The position numbers were made by a program, and so were the translations under genes. The notes under the pieces are model-generated. The model was given only the letters and a program-made list of their open reading frames with translations, ran no database searches and was not told where the DNA came from. Shown one piece after another: positions 60,607 to 64,000 of a stretch of 64,000 bases of DNA; within the stretch, counting starts at the first letter, position 1, and the number at the start of each line of letters is the position of its first letter. Source of the DNA: Terriglobia bacterium (GTDB lineage Bacteria > Acidobacteriota > Terriglobia > JAJPHL01 > JAPKYU01). The DNA lies in contig CBDBKE010000003.1 in assembly GCA_965206645.1 (NCBI GenBank), positions 736,001-800,000 of the forward strand, given 5' to 3'.

Positions 60607-62039
60607 TCGACATTTGCTACGAAATCGTGCGTTCCCCTAAACGAAAGACGCTCACCATTACGGTCGAGCGGGATAGGGCGATTACCGTCCATGCGCCGGA
60701 GGGCACATCCGACAGCGAGATACAGCGGCTTGTCGATGCAAAGCGTCAGTGGATATTGGCAAAGCTCCGCCACCTGCAGAAATATCAGGAGCGCTTGCAT
60801 CCGCCCGGCAAGGAAGTGGTGAATGGAGAATCGGCCCCCTACCTCGGAAGGGACTACCGAATCGAAATCACCAAAACTCTGAGCGGTGAAATTGAGTTCT
60901 CCAGCCTTTTTCTAATCCCACCCACGCATCAGGCCAAACGTCGTAAAGTCCTGCGGGATTGGTATATTGCGCGCGCCAGAGAAAAGATTCTCGCCCGCGC
61001 GGAAGAACACGCGCACGCGCTTGGCGTAAAATTCGTCGCAGCCAAGATTGTTGATAATCGTTACCGCTGGGGCTCCTGCACTGTCAAGGACAACGTCAGT
61101 TTCAATTGGCGGCTCATCAAAGCGCCCATGTTCGTCACTATGCCAGCTCAACCGGTCGATGACGTTAAATCGTTCTGCCGGAGTTTCAAACTTCTGACGG
61201 GGCCGTTCGTTCAGCTGACGTGCCACCTTGTTCAGATGCGCCTGAGAGTGCACCGACAAGTCCGTTCCCTTGGGGAAGTACTGTCGGAGTAGACCGTTGG
61301 TGTTCTCATTCGAACCGCGCTGCCATGGACTCTGAGGATCACAGAAGTATACGTCAATGTCGGTCGCCAACGTGAACCGTCGATGCTCGGCGAGCTCCAC
61401 GAACTCGCTCATCTCATCGAGACCAACCACACGTCCCGTTTTTTGGAACATTGTGATCTGTCCTCGTCCCGCGCAAATGAACAAACAGGCTGCGGTAGAT
61501 GGTCTCGTGAGACACGTGATAGGACGGATCCTTCCTCTAGAATGGATGCTTGGCTGACACCGCTTCGGCCGGCGGGCCCTCTCCCCGGCTTGCTCAAAGT
61601 CATTATCGCCGCCATTCCGCCGAATCTCCCGGCTCACCGGCGTAATGTGCCGCAATGCCTCGAGAGATCTCTTCGCGCTCCGACAACGTCAGTGCCCAAC
61701 ATGAACGGCGTGGTGGCCGAGGACGGATGCCTCCGTACGGAGCAAGCTTACAAAACACTCGTCCAATCGACTTGAGCGACTCCCCTCGTTTCCACCGATC
61801 CCACACCTCCTCCAGTTCCGCCAGCGTGTAACCGCGACGAGCTCTTTGCTTCATCCGCATACACTCCACCTCCTCCTTTCAAGGCAAAGTGCTACGTTAT
61901 TGTCCACGAACTCGCTCATCTCATCGAGACCAACCACACGTCCCGTTTTTGGAACATTGTCCGCGCAAATACCTCTAGAATGGAAAAGGCAAAGGCTTGG
62001 CTGAAAGAACGAGGGCAGGTTTTGGAAGAGGAAGTCTAG
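60603..62039 (+). pseudogene. M48/YgjP-like metallopeptidase interrupted by IS30
   Basis: RSPKRKTL, RWGSC, FNWRLI. C-terminus YVIVHELAHL..NHTSRFW resumes at ~61893. Confidence 0.85.
61140..61892 (-). mobile_element. IS30-family element, collapsed or degenerate
   Basis: [61 protein letters not shown]; boundaries approximate. Confidence 0.8.
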
Positions 62040-62211
62040 ACCGTTATGGAGTTCTCCAACAGCTTCATTCGACCAGTGGGGAGTTCACAATAACAAACAG
62101 CCCTGTTGCTATCAGACAGGTGTCCATTGACCTGGACAAGCGACTTCATACATTCGTGGACGAATATAGGCTACTTTGCCAGCCAACTGTTTGCAAATGT
62201 GGCCAGCGACC

Positions 62212-62607
62212 ATGCCGAGCTCTGACCCAATAGCGAGGCTGCGGAGAATCGCCCAAGACGTTTACCGAACTTTGGGCTCAGGATTTTCAGAGCAGGTATA
62301 CGATCGGGCAATGCAGGTGGGCTTGCGACTTGCAAAGATTCCATACCAAAGTCAAAAGGTGGTGGAGCTAAAGTACAAGGACCACTATGTAGGAGAGGGC
62401 TACCCGGACCTTGTAGTTCGCGTTGGGAGGAGACGGGTGGCAGTGGAGCTGAAGGCTGTTAGTGGACAATTGGGAGACTCAGAAGAGCAACAGTTGCGAA
62501 ATTACATGCGGCTACTCGGCATCAAGTGGGGGCTTCTCATTAATTTTCAGCAGCCAGGCAGGAAGAAAGGGAAGACAAAGCTGGAGATTCGGGAAAGTGA
62601 AATCTAG
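62212..62607 (+). CDS. GxxExxY protein (PD-(D/E)XK-like)
   Basis: LGSGFSEQVY, DLVV, VELKAV, QLRNYM, GLLINF. Confidence 0.9.
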   Translation: MPSSDPIARLRRIAQDVYRTLGSGFSEQVYDRAMQVGLRLAKIPYQSQKVVELKYKDHYVGEGYPDLVVRVGRRRVAVELKAVSGQLGDSEEQQLRNYMRLLGIKWGLLINFQQPGRKKGKTKLEIRESEI

Positions 62608-62962
62608 AGATGAATTCGCCCGTTCAGGTTTCATTTGAGTTCCTTTCTACCAAATCTACCCACGAAGATGTTCCCACATCGGGACCGCCCTGGGAGGCTG
62701 CCGAGATATGGTGCGAGAAGATGAGCGGCACCGAATACGGGACCTGGCGTTATCCTTCTTGTTCGCCAGCGTCTCTTCGAGAAGTCGCTATTCGTTGGTA
62801 TCCGTAGCTTTGCCGCCTTGGCCGAGGTCCTGACTGGCGACGAGGCACCACCACCACCCGCCACCTAAAAGCCTTCCTCCGCGCACCGGTTACTTAGAGG
62901 TCGTTGGGATATAGTAAGCGTTAGGGACAACGATCCTGCAACCGACAGTGACCACCACACTG

Positions 62963-62978
62963 AAACTGACCCACTAGC
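62963..62978 (-). repeat. Lone IS1-like terminal-repeat motif
   Basis: AAACTGACCCACTAGC, identical to 16456-16471. Confidence 0.6.
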
Positions 62979-63042
62979 GATTGCCCGTAGCAGCGCCAAT
63001 TGGTTAAGGTGCAAGAGAGAACTTGTGTCGTCACCGATGTGG

Positions 63043-63258
63043 TCAACAGCGGGCTGTCGGCCGTGGTCGTTTGACTCGTTGGTCCAACCGTCTGGCTTCT
63101 TCCCGGAAGGCATTGGCCATCTCGGTATACGCCAGCGCATGTAATCGCAGAAACCGGGCTCGCGCGAGGAGGGACGTTTCTGATGTAAGCTCTGCAATTC
63201 TGTCCATTGCTTGCGCTCGGCCATGTGCTTTCATTACTGATTCAAGACGCCTGCTCAT
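63043..63258 (-). CDS. Small hypothetical protein
   Basis: 71-aa helical ORF with a purine-rich RBS. Confidence 0.4.
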   Translation of the reverse strand: MSRRLESVMKAHGRAQAMDRIAELTSETSLLARARFLRLHALAYTEMANAFREEARRLDQRVKRPRPTARC

Positions 63259-63493
63259 TCGTTTCCCTTTTCTCGCGTTTCTTCGCCTCTCGCTTTCTTG
63301 CCGGACCCTGGCGCCGTCTCACTGTCTCAACTCAGGTCGCTGTTCCGGGAGTGAGGCCCGTCATCCCCACCGCCAGCACCTGATGACGAATAGCTCAGCG
63401 GACCACTAGGTCTTTCATGCCCCAGACGTGACCCGTGACCCCCGCTCAGGTCGTCCAGGAAGCGGGCGAGCCGGTAGAGGAAAGTGCGGAGGG

Positions 63494-64000
63494 TCATCGG
63501 CCCTTCCCTCCACGTTTCCTTTCCGCTTGCAGTTGGTCCTGCATGAGGGCTTTGTACCAGGACGGCCCCTGAACCTTGACTCGCAAAGGCCGGGCTTTTC
63601 TGAGTTCGGGCGGCAAAGCAACGTAAGAGGGAATCGGGTTTTCTTTTCTCCGGGTCGCCGCGATGTACTCATTTTCGTTTTTCTTCGATCTCCAGGGGGC
63701 GAACATGAGAAGTCCTTCCACCCGGCGGTTGATCTCATCCCGCTCAACGGCTCTTTGCCCCATGAAGAGACACATCGCAGCGTCCCACCTTTCTGCAAGG
63801 GGCGCATCGGAAGCAGCCAAGGTGACTCGGTAGAACCATTGCACCATCTCGTTGGTGGGACGGCCCCAGCGGTTTTCGTTACGAAAGCGTAGTAGCTCAA
63901 GCGCAGTGCTGCCGGCTTCCCACGGGAACGCCCCGGACTGCACGGACTCGGGCCAGGAAAATGAAAGGTAGGGCTGCTGTTCTGATGCTTCAAGTTTTCT
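63494..64000 (-). CDS. Hypothetical protein (probably 5'-partial)
   Basis: Coding-like ORF of at least 149 aa near the window edge; no motif recognised. Confidence 0.45.
   Translation of the reverse strand, partial: RKLEASEQQPYLSFSWPESVQSGAFPWEAGSTALELLRFRNENRWGRPTNEMVQWFYRVTLAASDAPLAERWDAAMCLFMGQRAVERDEINRRVEGLLMFAPWRSKKNENEYIAATRRKENPIPSYVALPPELRKARPLRVKVQGPSWYKALMQDQLQAERKRGGKGR

Larger units (their letters stand above)
40967..64000. mobile_element. Decayed accessory/defence island downstream of tRNA-Gln (right end outside the window)
   Basis: Abrupt switch to IS, TA, R-M and terminase genes with lower-GC blocks; integrase relic. Confidence 0.75.

Noticed and set aside
63327-63497. 56-codon minus-strand ORF (MTLRTFLYRLARFLDDL..) overlapping the upstream stop
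   Set aside because: The ATGA coupling is suggestive, but the C-terminal half is low-complexity and nothing else supports it.

Overview
High-GC bacterial chromosome segment, most consistent with Acidobacteria (Ser/Thr kinase-TolB-TPR architecture, intergenic 7/9-mer repeats, GxxExxY gene); the taxon is an inference. Bases 1-40.9 kb are mostly core genes: thrB, thrC, hpt, tldE/tldD, ahcY, metK, gpmI, eno, glgC, rpsU, mtaB, acpS, pgeF, glcE/glcF, purS, glmS and a KS-methyltransferase-flavoenzyme trio. A phosphatase/HipA-like kinase/DUF3037 locus sits at the left edge. A tRNA-Gln(TTG) at 40893-40966 is followed by a decayed accessory island that runs off the right edge. The island holds two IS1380 copies, higBA, a P4-type integrase relic, IS21, an orphan terminase small/large-subunit-like pair, a hicA/hicB/unknown three-gene operon, a dif-like site, a broken type I R-M system with an M48 peptidase, an IS30 remnant and GxxExxY. 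The most striking unexplained structure is 22129-25272: a Ser/Thr kinase-TPR gene with its own promoter, enclosed by 16-bp IS1-like terminal inverted repeats and a 7/8-identical 8-bp target duplication, with no transposase. It looks like a non-autonomous mobile kinase cassette, and lone copies of the same end motif occur at 16456 and 62963. Several indels and one chimeric stretch suggest a long-read consensus, so some pseudogene calls may be artefacts. All assignments come from reading motifs by eye; no database searches were run.
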